Positions 10,894 through 27,193 of a DNA stretch of 64,000 bases are shown piece after piece; the first letter of the stretch is position 1; every line of letters starts with the position of its first letter. Origin of the DNA: Syncephalis fuscata S228. Its lineage: Eukaryota > Fungi > Zoopagomycota. The notes beneath the pieces were generated by a model. That model saw only the letters and a list, made by a program, of their open reading frames with translations. It was not told where the DNA came from and did not search any database. The translations under genes were made by a program, and so were the position numbers. The stretch is from contig JAHLTZ010000005.1 in NCBI GenBank assembly GCA_025786725.1, positions 372,001-436,000 on the forward strand. Direction: 5' to 3'.

Positions 10894-13800
10894 TTATGAC
10901 CATTTTGTATAGGATGGATGACCTTGCCAATGAACAATACGTTGATTAATTAAACATTGTGCCACCCATTCAGAAGTGACCACTGCCTTCATTCTACCAC
11001 GTGTCATTGTGGATAGACTATTTAACCAAGAGGGTGTCGGTCGCTTCTCCACGACAATATAGTCACATCCAACCGATGTTAGCTGTTTACGATCAGCAAT
11101 TATGGCACCGGCTGCTTTCAACACTGCTTCCCAGTCATTCTATTTATATTTTATATTATATATTAATTCATTCATTTATCATTAACATTTAGATAACAAA
11201 CCTTAAACGAAATGCCTCCTTTTAAATGAATAATTAGACCGGCTAATAATCGATTATTTCGTTCGCTATCACCATCATTGCTTAATAGTGATATAGCAGG
11301 CCGCGATGCTACATAAGCATTCAATTCTATCGAAAATCCATTACATAATAAATAATTAAGCATGGTATCTGTTTGGCCCTATAATTAACTAAATTAGCTA
11401 TTATACTTAATAGTATACTTATATTAACATTAATTACCGTATGAATAGCATCATTAATCCATTTATAAGAGACACGCGGTATATTCATGGCCAGAGCAAG
11501 TAAATGTTTTTTTGTTCTTTTCACTTCACCACATAATAGAATAGTCGATGTGACTATTGATGAACCATGTTCATTTATACTATGGCTACCAAATAGATTA
11601 GATGAAATACGGCCACCATGTTCTTCGATCATTTGAGTCAATTGTTCTTTAGTACAAGTTATTAGAGAATCTAATACTATTTGTTAATATTGTTACTTAT
11701 ATTAATAAAATACTTACCTTCTTTTTTACCATCATTATCAGATTTAGAAGGAATATTGGTTAACACAAATACCATATCTTTAAATAACAATTGATCTAAT
11801 AATCTTGGTTAATATATATACACTCTATTTACTCATTTATAATATATCTTACTAGATAACATAGGACTATCCTGTTCATTATCAACTAAATTCAATGAAG
11901 GCCCAAGTAATGAATTGATAAATTCCGGTGCTGTCACATCAAGTACTGTATTCTTTTCTTTTTTCTCTGTTACTTTCTTTACTTCTTCTTCTTCAACGTC
12001 TTCTTCAACGTCTTCTTCAACTAATAGCTTCTCTTTTGGTGTTTCATGGTTATTATTACTAGCCATATCTGCCTCTATCATATCAATATCATCTAATAGA
12101 CTCGTTACAGGTAATGCAATACGTGATATAGAGATCCATGGAGATATTGAAGCTGTTGTAGACTCTTCTCTACCATCTTCAGTCAACCAGTGAACACGAC
12201 ACCGTTCTTCATCAAGATCTACTGCTTGTATACGTGCTTGTTTAAGTGTTCGTTGACCCATACGCATTATCCATACTTGTGTATTCACCATAAGTGTTAA
12301 TGGCCGTAAATGACTGGTATCAAGGGTCACTTTACTCTTATTCTTCTGACCGTCACTATTAGAATCGCCATTATGTCGACGATCATCAAATAGTACACGG
12401 TATATATGTTCCCGTTCTTCACTGCCTTTAATCGTTGCTGAATGATAATAGCCATCATAACTTGAATAGGCCCATACACGATCACCTGGCAAGTATTCAG
12501 GTGGATCCAGTAAAGAAGACCTTGATACATTTAACGCCGTATCACTTTTAGGTATCGGCAATTTGTTATGAATGGCATAAAAGCTGCCACATCGATTACA
12601 AAGTGTTGGTCGACCAGTAGGACCTTTACGCCAACCAGTAGTAACCGATGTGTCACAGTGTTCACATAGACGTAGAGGTGTTGTATTAATGGCACCACTA
12701 CCATTTGAATGTCTTCTACTATGTCTACTATGTTGTCGATATGAGTTATTAGTTAAATGACTTTGATTCTCTTCTATAGATAGCGGTAAATCTTGATCGG
12801 CTGATGATCGACTCTCCGATGCTTGATCGAATCCTATATCTCGTTGTATAACTACGCGTTGACGCTTTCTCTTTAGCTGCTTCGACGTTGAAGACCCTAT
12901 CAAATCAATAGGTAGAATATCTTTTGTCCGCTTCTTATAATTTGTTTGTGGTGTTTCTATTACTGGATCCGATCTAATAAAACGATCTTGAACTGAATCG
13001 GTAATCGTTAAATGTGAGGGAAGGTCTGAATCTGAATAGTTCATTTCAAGTGATTCAGAAATGTCATTTTGTCTATCATTATGTCGATTAGCAAAAGCTG
13101 AAAATGTAAGTGTTTCATCTTTAGAAGGTATTCGACGTTTAACCGATACATCTAATGAATAGATAGATAAGTATTAATATATTAATACATTAATATAATA
13201 ACCACTTACGAGATATAGTTGCTTCATCTTGTATAGGTGTATGGAATTGAAATGATGGATGTTCCATAGAAATGGCCTCTAATAATGACTTTTTATCCTG
13301 TTCATCTCGTTCTAATTCAATAGTAGGTTCAAGTACATCTATCTCTTCATGTTTTCCATTTTCTTCCAATAGAGCATAATGGTCTGAACGATAACCAGTA
13401 CATCAGGTGATGGGTACGTGATAGAACTAGTGTAGGCATAGTAGTTGGTCTATGGGAGATGCTTCTTGTTCTACACTAGGTAACAATACTAAATGATGGT
13501 CATTCAAGGGTAATATAATGGATCCTATTAGTTGTGTGGGTTGAGTGACAGATTCATCTCTGTTTACATTGTAACCATATCTATTACTAGATGACATCAG
13601 TATTAAATGGGACCATTATATTTATTTAATTTACCTCGTTCATCATTGACTGTTGTATTAAATGCCAATAACTCTGATGGTGTATCTGTAATACATGTAA
13701 TAGGATCATCAATATAGGTTGATACTTGACGTGATAGTACAACTGGAGAAGGTGGTGTATCTGTAACTAGTACACGGGCATTGTCTCTATCCTCTATTTC

Positions 13801-14734
13801 TGGTCGATATGAATGATGGATGAATTAGAAGTAGTTGGATCTTTTGTTTCCAATGAATCTAACTGATTTACTTGATCTTCATCAATAGATAATGATAAAT
13901 GAGTAGATTAATAGTATCTGTATCTAATAAATCAGTAGTATTTATGATATGTGTACGCTTTACACATGGTGTAGTTATATTTAATACTGGTTGGTGTTGT
14001 TGTTCACTTGTAGTCAATTTATCGATTTTTGACTCTTCTATCGGTGAAGGAGGTGTACCTTCATCTGAAGCAATATAACCTTTACCGCTAACTGGTACTA
14101 ATTGAGATGCATAAAGTGATGTCTGTTTATTCATCGGTGTTATCATAGTTGATTCTGGTCTATTTGGTAAAATGACTGAATTGGATGTCATCTTTGATTG
14201 AATGACCGGTGTACGTGGAAATGCGTAATAAGTTGAATCATCAATGGATGGTTCTATTGTATCTACCATAATATCTTTCTCTTTCTCTTTCTCTTTTTCT
14301 TTGTCTTCTTTGTTATGACTATTGAGTGGTAGTGTATGTACTTTATGACGATTAATAAGAGGTGATGTGATATCTGTTATTATATTGTTGTTATTGTTTA
14401 TTGTTATAAGTGGGCCGTTGTACTGTTATAGGTGTACGTGGAAATACACTTAGTGAAGCAGGCAGTTCACCATTATTACTTTCCATCTCTTTAAGTATAC
14501 TTGTACTATTATTGACTGCTATATCAAAGGATTCATCTTCATTGTTTGTTGTGGAGGCTAGTGGTGATTCTTCTGCTATATCGTCGGAATGACTAGTTGT
14601 GGATGGTTGTTGTGAATGACGCCTACGTAACTCGCGTACGGTACGCGTTAAACGAGGTGTTCTGTTGACTGATTGTTACCACGCCTTGAATTACGTGAAC
14701 TAAATAGAACTGTTTGTTTGTGAGGATGTGTCAT
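10894..14734 (-). CDS. Rad9/Crb2/53BP1-like DNA-damage checkpoint adaptor (GATA zinc finger, tandem Tudor, tandem BRCT), multi-exon
   Basis: Long S/T-rich N-terminus; Tudor-like GDRVWAYSSYDGYYHSATI..YRVLFDD; BRCT motifs RTKKHLLALAMNIPRVSYKWI and VVTSEWVAQCLINQR. The 5' part has frameshifts and the start is approximate. Confidence 0.75.
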
Positions 14735-14922
14735 TGTAGACGGTAATAATTTTGGTAAGTAAAAGTGGCGTAGTTGGTAAAAGCGATAAGAATGAAATGG
14801 TCGCTATTTTGTACGTGTGATTTTAACGAGCAAAAAATGAACAACGAGCAAAATAAACGATGAGTCAACATAACATTTTTATTAATTAACTTTTGAGTTA
14901 TAAATAGATTGTCACTTCCATA

Positions 14923-15906
14923 TTAATACTGTACGGTAAGTTGTTTGTCTAATAGTGTGTATGTATCTTGGCCTGATTCAAGTGCATCAATTAATACGGC
15001 TAACCTATCTTCATCAAGTCCTTCTTGTTGTCTTAGTTGGTCCAAATCATCTCCGAATGTATCAGTGAGTGTAGACATATAGTATTCTCGGAAGCGTTCC
15101 TCGGTTGCTTCATTTGCTTGTTTTACAGTCTCGGCTTCACTTGCTGATAATTGCCGTTGTAGATGGTATTGAATTTGACTGTTAATTTGATCTATTTGTT
15201 GTAATAGACCAATATAAACATATGGCTGTGTTGTAGGCAGTGCTGTTTCTGTTGTCATATTCTAAATATACATAAATTAATAAACAATATAACTATAATA
15301 TATTTACAAACCTTAAATACCATATCATTTAAAAAATCACTTTTTTTATATTTTTGCGTATCAAATTCACCATTATTGCTAGCTAATACCTTTTAATTTT
15401 ATAAGTTTAGAAAAGCTGTTTTGAATCCATTGATCATCAAGCGGTGTTTTCATAGCTATTATTATAAATATACATATATTAATATTGATGTTGATACTGT
15501 TAAATACATTATAATTAGTTACCGTTTGAAGAAGATGACGTGGATGATTGTAATAAATCGTTGTCTTCGAGTCTTTTGGCCATTTCTTCTACTTGTTCTT
15601 TAAATTGCAATAGTGCTGAAGTAGACTAATAGCTAATATGAATAACAGTGCTTTATATATATACACATAAATATCATACCAGTATTTTACGTGTACTATC
15701 CCGTTTGGTATCACGACTATCATGCTCGTCATCGGTAGACATCGTATCATCAATGTCTACGATATCTTCGTCTTCGTCATTCATAGCGCGCATCTATAGA
15801 TAGTTTAATAATGATAAATATATACATTCATATAGATTATATGTATTTGTATAACGCTATAACTAATTACCATCGTATCGTTTCTATCATTGTGAAAAGA
15901 GTTCAT
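14923..15906 (-). CDS. Rsa3-domain ribosome assembly protein (upstream exons uncertain)
   Basis: Last exon FREYYMSTLTDTFGDDLDQLRQ..LAVLIDALESG matches the Rsa3 domain pattern. Small acidic GT-AG-bounded exons extend to ATG 15906 but do not join cleanly in frame. Confidence 0.6.
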
Positions 15907-16180
15907 GTCGTAACGATTTGCTAATTCAACTGTACGCTTGTCAATGCTGCAATCCAACAAAGTGACACGGTGGTAATGGGGAAGGAACAAAAAAGATAAC
16001 TGAGAAAATAAAAATGATATGGTGTTTAGAATAATTGTGTCACATTTAAAACATTAATTTCACAATAGTCATGTCTTTAAATAAAGTTTTAAGCAGCCAT
16101 GATTTTACTTTAATCTTTTTAACAACTCCAGATATGCATATTTTGTAAATCCTTAGGCAATCTACGATAATTACTAACTC

Positions 16181-18133
16181 ATGGGGAAGGTTCAATCTCG
16201 ATTTCAGCGGACAGATTCGCTGCCTAACGTCAGTGAACCTAATGCGTCGTCTATCGAGCCAACTGCCGTACAGGGATCGTCATCGCCCTTAAGCGGCATG
16301 TGTCCAATACGACATTGACTGTCCTTTCTAATAATGATTATAACTATGAGCCCTATTTAGACAATGATATAATTCATAGCGATGCTGAAGAGACGGTTGT
16401 TCAGCCGCATTTGGCAGCAGCGTTATTCTGGACTGTTCAATAGTACGGATGACGAGCATTATATTAAGGATAATAGTACTGATAATAGGAGTAATAACAA
16501 TAACAATACTGATATGAAGTAGCTCTTGTTACTCTTTAGTGGAATTCTTTAATCGAAATGCTAGCGATAGCAATGAAGAAACTATGACGGATACATCGCC
16601 GAAAAGACCAATTATACCCTGGATGGCTAAACTTGGTAATACATCGTCAAGTAATGTGTCATCACCCGAGGATAGGCCGGCCAGCACTGGACATCGGTGG
16701 CCGATAGTAGCAAGAACTATTACTCGCGTTTTCGCCATTCTTTGGCCAAAAGAAAGAAGGGCGATAAGCGGCGAGAAATGGCACCGACTATTTCTGATCT
16801 ATCAAAAGCCTCCTACATACCCGTTACGTTTGATGGTAGCGAGATACGAGAACCGCTACTTAGATCGCCTTCACCTCGAACAAGTGAATCATTTATGACT
16901 TTTGTATCGAGTCTGGCCCAAAAACGACGTGATCAAAGAAATAAGACACGAATGAGTTTTGGTAGCGGTACAAGTGGATCGTCAGAGTCAAGCGAATTAA
17001 ACGCCGAAGGTCTTTATCAAATACACGTTAATCCAGATGTACCATTGAAGATGTCAGATACGCTGGACATTGATAGGCAAGCGATTAGAAGGCATAGATT
17101 AATGATGGCTGACTTGATTTAATGAATAGTGCGCGTGTAGCTCATTTACTGTATCATTATGTGCTTCGTGGTGATTACATAGCACCCATTAAGAATCCAC
17201 ATAAAATACTGGATAATGACCAAGAGAAGGTAGCTGGGTTAGAGTAAGTGTTGATTTAATTAACAATTAATTAATTTACTAATGAATTAATGATTGATTT
17301 AATGCTTTATTATAGTGTATGGCTAATACATTTCCCAAAAGTACAGTTATTGGGTGTGGTATTACCAATTACATGGAAAATACTTGTACGGAATTACCAA
17401 ATAACTGTGAATACATGCCATATAATTTTGATGGACGTAAGCTAATTATGATTGGTGATCCTATTTAACACACGATTAACATATATATTTAGCTATGCCA
17501 TTTCCTAAAAATTATTTTGATTATGTGCACCAACGTTCTGTTAGCACATTTTTGACCTCTTCCGCTTGGAATGATTTACTATCCCAGCTGTATCGAATTC
17601 TGAAACCTGGCGGCTACATCGAACTAGTGGAGCGAGATATGCTGCCGTCTAATGTAGGTCCATGTACGGCGCAATTAACCGAGCAGGTGGGCCAGGTGAT
17701 GCGTGAACGTGGTATGGCCGTTGATATGCCGCGTCGGCTTGGTGACTTGCTCGAATTGCACGGTTTCGAGGAGGTACACAAAGTTGATATTGATGTGCCC
17801 ATTGGTGCTTGGGGCGGTGTTCACGGACACCTTATGGGCTGGCTAACTAGCTCAACAATAAGTATGGCGCGACATGCATTGGTACACGGTATTCTTTGGC
17901 AATTGACGGGTGGCGGAACACCTATGGCGATCTTGGATGATCATGTCAAAGATAGTGTATTTGACAAGACACCCGATGAACTACGTGAGATGAGCCGTAG
18001 TGGAGGTACATGGACCGAAAATGAATTTAATGCCATGGCGCAAACTGTACGCAATGAACTATCTGTAAATCATACCTACGCTACAATACACGTCTATTGG
18101 GCACGTAAGCCCAAAAAACAGACGCGTATTTAA
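16181..18133 (+). CDS. Class I SAM-methyltransferase-fold (LaeA-like) protein with long disordered N-terminus and degenerate SAM motif
   Basis: HYVLRGDYIAPIKNPHKILD, PFPKNYFDYVHQR, LYRILKPGGYIELVE, VPIGAWGG. Starts MGKVQS. Several introns and frameshifts. Confidence 0.75.
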
Positions 18134-18474
18134 TTTACTTTTAAAAGCCGTCTACAATATAACTTATCAATAAAGCAGCTTAAAACGTTAATGATAGTTC
18201 AAGAATGTATTATAAGACTCGTGTTAATAGCGACTATTATGGCACTAATGTTTATGCTATGACAGAATTGCATGCTTTATTGACTGAAATATACTGCGCA
18301 AGGGACCGATAACAAACAATTGATAGAGATTATCGGATCAGTATCAGTGATCTGGATCGGATCTAAAAGGCGTGACTGTGAATCAAGCGTAAAAATTTTC
18401 TGTTTAAAACATCATAGGCGTAGGATCAGTCCTCTTCTTACAACTACCAGTTCTTATTTCTACATTTTGTTAAA

Positions 18475-19898
<1,424 letters not shown>

Positions 19899-20238
19899 AA
19901 TACATAGCGAGCAGTGCCATAACAATGCTGTTTAAATACAGCAATTTAATAAACTGTGCATATCAATCTAAATATATATAGATTCATAATCTATGGTCAC
20001 ACCGTATATTAGTTAGCTTTAATGTAATCAAATTAATTATATTGAGATACATAATAATCTGTGATCTATTAAATCGCACATCATTAAATCATACAAACAA
20101 AACTTAATTAAGCGGAGATTTAAAACATTTAGTTCATTCTTTGTGAGTGTCTTTTTCATATGTTCTTTTTCGAGATTCTCTCTCGTTCTCTCGTCATTAT
20201 TAACCGTTATTCAGCATATAAAATAGATATTTATAAAC

Positions 20239-21996
20239 ATGCTGTTTAAATCAACAGCATGCATGACTCGTGACATACCCGTGCGTATTACTTCTCGTCG
20301 CTGTTTAGTCCAATTCATGTCGCTAGCGAACCGCGACACACCGGCTACTGGTCTACTTGCTGCTAGATTGCGGCAACAACAACAGCAACAACAACGTACC
20401 ATTGCTTTCACCGCAGATAAATAATTCTGTAGCAGAAACTAATAAGCATGATACAAGTTTATTGAATTTACAGTTAGATTCATACTCCAAACGGCTATCA
20501 TTGCCTCAGTATCAAGCCCTGTATAAGCACCAGTAGAATAGATACTATACATACTATACGTCCGAATCTATGGACAAGCTCGAAACAAAAATGGAACTAT
20601 CAAAAAGCTGCTTACCACCTCGCTGGTCATCTTTATCGCTATCGACAATGGCAATACGGCACAAATCAAATACTGCTGTAGCAACCACAGTAACAACCCA
20701 CATAAAGGAGATATCAAACTAAGATGTAATTACTATGTGCATTATGACTGTACTATTTACTAATGGCATTTCAGGCACAGAATTTGATCATAATGGCAAC
20801 GTAAAAACAACAGCGGGTGAATTCTCTAAACATCGACTATGCGCAGAAGTACGTAACTCATTATATTTCTATTACTCTATTCTAACCATGAACTATTAGA
20901 ATGGGCTACAGGTAATTATTGGATTTAGATGAATACATATAATTGACGCATGCTTGCTTATCCGCTCATAGCCACGCGATTTACGCAAGGTAATATTAAG
21001 GACACATAAAAATATAATCAATTTCTTATTTGAATAGATAGATAGCAATTTTGTTAATCAGCTTCCGGCCATTCTTGTTCGTGACGAGGTTATTCTAGTC
21101 AATTTAGGACATATACGTGCATTAATCAAGGCTGATTTGGTTATTTTATTTGATACTTATGGATCAACAGACAGTTTCCATCAATCAACTTTTATTTATG
21201 ATTTACAAGAAAAACTACGTAATCCAGGTGGTACTTATGGAACTCTACCATTTGAATTTCGGTATGTTTGTTGGTGGATAGTCATAGTATTTGCTAACTT
21301 GACGACGGTTTATAGAGCAATTGAATCGATTCTAATTAGTGTGGTATCATCATTACAATCGGAAATGGATGTACTGTCAGGACTGGTAACTAATCTTTTA
21401 GCACATCTTGAAGAACAAATAGATCGTGACAAGTTGAAAGAGCTGCTGCAGTATTCAAAACGATTGGCGCGATTTGAGCAAAAGACGCTTAATATACGCG
21501 ATGCAGTATTGGAGGTGTTGGAAGAAGGTATATTATAATAAGCTCTCTATGTATGCTGTTTAAAACTAACTATCATAACGGCTAGATGAAGATCTAACGG
21601 AAATGTGTCTGACCAGCAAGAAAGAGGATCGAAAGGATATTACTGAATACCATGAAGAAATTGAACTGCTACTAGAAACGTATTTGAAGCAAATTGAAGA
21701 AATTGCCAATGTTGCCTCATCGCTTACGGCTAACATGCGAACTACGGAAGATATTGTCAATATTATGCTAGATTCACAGAGAAACAGCCTGCTGTTGTTT
21801 GAATTACGCTTGACTATGGCTACCATGGGACTGACAGGTGGCGCATTTATTGCTAGTATATTTGGCATGAATTTGGTATCAACGCTAGAAAGTCATCCTT
21901 ATGCATTTTTTGTGGTATCAGGCACAGCCCGCAGCAGCCAGTCTTGTATTTATAGTAGCAATGCGACGTATGCGGTTACTAGTGAAGAAGTCTTGA
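20239..21996 (+). CDS. MRS2: Mitochondrial Mg2+ transporter, MRS2/LPE10 (CorA family), multi-exon
   Basis: GLQPRDLRK, LPFEFRAIE, ELLLETY, TEDIVNIMLDSQRNSLL, IFGMNL (GMN motif). Basic presequence-like N-terminus. Confidence 0.9.
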
Positions 21997-22158
21997 ACAG
22001 TAGAGTAGATGCAATGATTACAAAAAACTCTATTGTTATAATTATCGTACTTGTCTTTATAATAAATGAATCAATAACATTTAAATAAATCATCATGATA
22101 TTTCATTATTAATGATTGAAAACATTTGTCATTTTAATCAAATTACTAAGAAAATACA

Positions 22159-23472
22159 ATGGCACAAACCACGGCGTCAACGTCATCTTTACTATGTGCA
22201 AGCACGACCGCCGATCAATACGAACTGTATCGGCGAACAGTCGCTGTTAGAAGTTTGTCGCAGATTTGAAGCTGCGCAGTATCCGTAAACTATTCAGTCG
22301 ATATGGCCAATTGAGCGACTAGTTCCAATGGAGCATCCCTTTACATTGTTACAAAGCGTGTTTATTCGCTATATTAATCAACATGATGCTGTTAAAGCAG
22401 TGCTGAATTATGGTAATGTCATAGAAGACTTGAATGATCTGTAAGTAAATAAGTGTATGCAATAAATCGAATGAAGCAGCAAGCATATGGTCTATTTGTC
22501 TAATCAATATATGCTTATTGACTATCTTATCAATATATAGTATTGTAGAACATTGTTCTCCTCGAGATCGATGGTACCGACAGCAATTCTCATGTATTAT
22601 TTACTGTCATGGTATTGCTCAGGATGTTACACGCTATAATTGAATCAACTATTTGAACTGTACGGTTCTGTCTATCGTATCGATTATTTTCCTAATCGTT
22701 TTACAGCATTTATTCATTACAATGAAACATACGCAGCACAAATGGCAAGTAATTGATTTTTAAATGAATATAAGCAAGTTTAAATAACCACTACTGCTGC
22801 TGTTGCTACTAGGCGATAAACTATTTGAATGGCTATGAATTTCATGGCGCAAAGTTACATGTCCAAATATCACGTCAATGTCTTATTAACAATATTGTAG
22901 CTGCAAATGGTCAATTAAACCAGCCTCTGAATACATCAATGAACTTACACCAAACTTATTCTAACTATGCATACCATCAAGCAGATTATAATGAATCATT
23001 ACCGACTTTATCAATGGAAACGACTATTAATCCATCAACTGAATTGTGTATATCTAACTTGGATGTGCAACACATTGTCACCGTCTCTCAATTAACCAAT
23101 ATATTGAACAAATTTGGTAATATCAAGTACATTCATTTCCCGTACGCTTTAAATAGTCAAGAGCCATGTCGACACGCATTTGTTCAATACAATCAAATAT
23201 CAAACGCGCAATGTGCAATGAATACCTTGCAACAAACGTATATTGGCAATCGTAAAATAAATATACAAATGATGACATCATCAGCAACACTTAACAGATC
23301 AACAACAGGATCAACTGCTGTAATACCACCAGTAAGCAATCTATTAATAGTTATATAACATTATTAACAAACTATTTAGTCAGCTGGTCCAATTACTACT
23401 GATGCTAGTTCAGCCATCTCTTTTAGACCTGCCCACCCATACTATTATTACTATTACTACTATCCATCGTAG
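22159..23472 (+). CDS. Multi-RRM RNA-binding protein
   Basis: RRM-like repeats: LFELYGSVYRI..TAFIHY..AINYLNGYEFHGAKLHV and LCISNL..HAFVQY..AMNTLQQTYIGNRKINI. Frameshifts in the 5' part. Confidence 0.7.
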
Positions 23473-23774
23473 ATTAACAATAATAAGGACGATATTGATG
23501 ACTACCACATGTGCTTGTCTAAATAAAGCAATTTACTATAGCAGTATAGACTAATAATAAACATTGGTTCTTTTTTATCTTCTTTGTGCGTACAAACAAA
23601 CGCCTTGAACCTCGTATTTTATTTACAATGTTTCAATAGGCCTAGCTCTTGTAATTACAATAATTGTTCACGATTCTCTTCTCTTTCTCGCAAAGAGAAA
23701 AAGGTTGGCACCTTTATTTGCCAAAGCACTTAAGCGACTGCTTATTGTCTATTGTTTGAACTTGGCATTCTATC

Positions 23775-25830
23775 ATGATATTTCCCTTGGCGGTAGCGCC
23801 TGTAGCCTATCATCAGGACAACTACACTGCCATTCACAACAAACCAACTAAATTGCCGTCGTTTGACGTAAAAAACCATAGCGAAATTCAACTATGGCTA
23901 GGTCAATTGGACGGAACTGCCAATCAAACAGTAAGTAGTTCGCGCCTTAGATAAGACTATGCATGTTTATTGACTGACCAGTGTTTATTTGTATGTCTTA
24001 GCATGACTTTTCTAATTTAGGTGAAGCTGCAGCTACCATTTTTGTTAACCTTAATGAAGGCTTTATTAGCGTTGAAAAGGTAAGTGTTAATACGTAGTTA
24101 AAAAGGATAGTTAATAATATATTTATACTGTGTAATTGTTACTAGCTCGATGATGGTGGTGGTAATATGGACACTCAGAATCTATGTAATGCTATTCGGG
24201 ATAAGACAAACAGTCAATTAAAGGACTGGATCCCACTTAAGAATATGCATTATAAACAACAGGATTTGGATCATTCTACTCGGAGTTATCAATGGCAAGT
24301 GAAGGGTAATCAACAGTTTTATATAAGTGTGGCCAATTGTGCCGATTTCGATATTGAATTCTCGGTATGTAATTATGGTTCATATAAGCTATATGTACAC
24401 ATATTAATAGTAATATATATATACATATGTATATGTATTAGTATACGGTAACAGTCTCAAGCTTAGATTTGCTCGGTATGCCCACCCGTCTCCCGTCTGA
24501 CCTACAAAATCTTCCATTTTTGTTGGCTGTCATGTTTGGTGGTGTGTGGCCACTTATTATGGCTATTTGGTTTATTTATCTTTACAAGTATCGTCAGGTA
24601 ACTATGGTTTGTAATAACAAATGTAAAATACTAATGTTGACTAGTATTGCTTGCCATTGCATAAACTTTTGACTTTCGTACCGTTATTACGATTTGTCTG
24701 GTCTGCCTTAATGGCGGTTATTATTTATCGATTGGCATATCATGGTAAATGGGTTGTTTACGGTAATAGTTATAATATCTGGTCGATTTAACGATATCTC
24801 CATTGAATAGGTGAAATTGGTTACTCGGCGGAGATAGCGTTATATACGGTGACGGCGTTGAATTGTCTTTTTGAAAGTGCGATTATTATGCTTTTGTCAA
24901 AAGGATGGTGTATTACGCGATCTCAATTAACTTTTACAGAAAGACGAACTATTTGGGGTAAGTATTATGAATATATGTATATATATATATATATATATGC
25001 GTATTAATATGCATTAATACTAATAATACACTAATGGACTATTTTTAGGGACAGCATTTTTTACTGGTGGTGCATATCTTTGTCAATATATCGATCAAGG
25101 TCCTATTATTGTAAGCTATCACTTTATCACTTAATACATTTATATAAATAAATAACAACATTTATTACTAGGGTGTTTATACTGTGTTTTTCTGTTTGGT
25201 ATTTATACGCTCATTGTCATGTTTGTGGCATCAGCGTGAAGAGTTATTACGTTATTTGCATATGCTTATAGCACAAAAATCACATCGAACATTTTTAATG
25301 CCACATTATGAAAAATTACAAGTATTTGTTCGTTTCCAGTGGCTTATTCTAATGGGTAATGTTTTCCCAGTGGCTGTAAGTTATTATTGATGCCATCAGA
25401 TTATACTATTGCTAATGATGACATGATAAAGGTTTACTATGCAGTAATAACGCGCATGCCTAATGCTCGTCAAAACTTTTATGTCTATTTGATTCAAGAT
25501 GTAGCGCCGGCCGTTTACATTATTATTTTACTATTTATATTTCGTCCACGTACTGCGAAAATCATTGATTTGTCAGAAGCATCGACATTACGGCAAACCC
25601 AGGATCGGGCTTTGGCTGATTCGGTGTCTGATTCAAATCAGATGTCATCGTCGGCAATCCCTGGCATAGCTTTAATTAGGCGGCGTTTTTTAACATCTAC
25701 AGGAGATCTTTCTCCTGGCACACCTGTCATAGCAAATCAGCCGGTCTTTTCTGGCATGGGTGTGACAGGTGCATGGCAGCATGTGCTGACTGATTTGCGA
25801 GAAAGAGCAAACCGATTTTACATTTTATAA
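23775..25830 (+). CDS. GOST-family (GPR107/GPR180/TMEM145-like) 7TM protein, multi-exon
   Basis: Luminal N-terminal region followed by several TM helices, including the family-like IIMLLSKGWCITR and a terminal IFRPR. Start uncertain. Confidence 0.6.
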
Positions 25831-26225
25831 TAAGATTTGCGGTATACATTGTAGAATTCTTAGCTTAGCGATCTATTTTATTTCGATTAAATTATTATTG
25901 AACAAAATACTTGATTAACAAAACGCAAACTGTACTGCTATACCGATTGTAAGCAATAGTATTACTGGTAATATTCTAATGAATTGTATAGCTAAATGGG
26001 TTTTTACGATACAAATCATGGTAGTAATGTTAATGCAATATTTTACATACCAGAAAATTTAATCCACTTTTATGTAATACTAAATGGTATTTAACAAAGT
26101 GATTAAAATTAGTAGTAATACAAATAAAAATACAATTGTGTACAAAGCTAAACAAATTATAATAAATCTACTTTTTATTTACTGTTTTTGCTTGTATATT
26201 ACACTATTGTGTAAGACTCTATTAT

Positions 26226-27193
26226 TTAGAAAGACTTTATAAATGACAGTATATTTGCGGATCTTTTGCTTGTAATATGCAATGAAGAGTATGTCTTGCC
26301 ATTGCCTTTTGCTTTTGCAGCGCTTGAACTTATTTTGGATGTCAAATCCATACGATAAGTGTATTCTGACAGTAGAGTAGATGTACATGCCCTAAAAATT
26401 ATTGTTAGTCAACAGCTGGTAATAGCTTGGTACAACAGTGATCTTACCAGTCTACTATCAATAAAAATGAGCTAAAGTCGCCCAGCAGTTTGAGAGCTAA
26501 GGATAGAGTGAAAATCAGTCGCAGTATAAGAACCTGTAGTATGGTAAGAACTCCTTTGCGTGCTATTTGACTCCAGCATTCTGCCCCATCACGAATGTAT
26601 TGTTGGTATACAGTGTACATAAAAGCGGTAAAAAATATTGTCGATGTACCTCCTTCAATAAAGTACCGTGCGTAGGAATACGAACTTGGAAAATCTGAAT
26701 GGCAATTGCCGGTTTTAGTAAATCCACTTTCAAAAAATCGCCAGTATATAAGCGTATTGCCTATGCAGCACATAGAACTCAATACACCGGCAAAAATTAG
26801 AAATGAGCTACGGTTGTGCACTAGATAGGCATGCTGTATCATAAAAACACTGCTTGCTACGGCATTAATCGTAAGACCGACTAACGCTGCAGACACTACT
26901 GTGTGACATGAAGGACCATAAAATGCTTTCATTTGCAAGGAAAAGCCTGCCATGTAGACAACTCCAGTAAATGACATAGCCAAACAGCATAACGGCGCTA
27001 TTTTGTATTTATAAGTATGCAGAATTAGCAAAATACGAAAGGTGTTACGAATAAAAAGAAGCAGTATCAGACTGTCAAAGAAAAGTTCGTTTAAAAGCGT
27101 TTTGTAACAGTCGCGAATCAAAGATGGATTGCCGACAAGCTCAAAATACTCCAGTGTATTTAAATTTCGATATGCTCTGTTTATGCCAGCCAT
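26226..27193 (-). CDS. GPCR-like 7TM family member, 2 exons (27193-26448, 26391-26226)
   Basis: Homologous to the 719-1704 gene (FIRNT, APLCCLAM, ECW). Same intron position in the TM7 Trp codon; exon 2 open to TAA. Confidence 0.8.
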
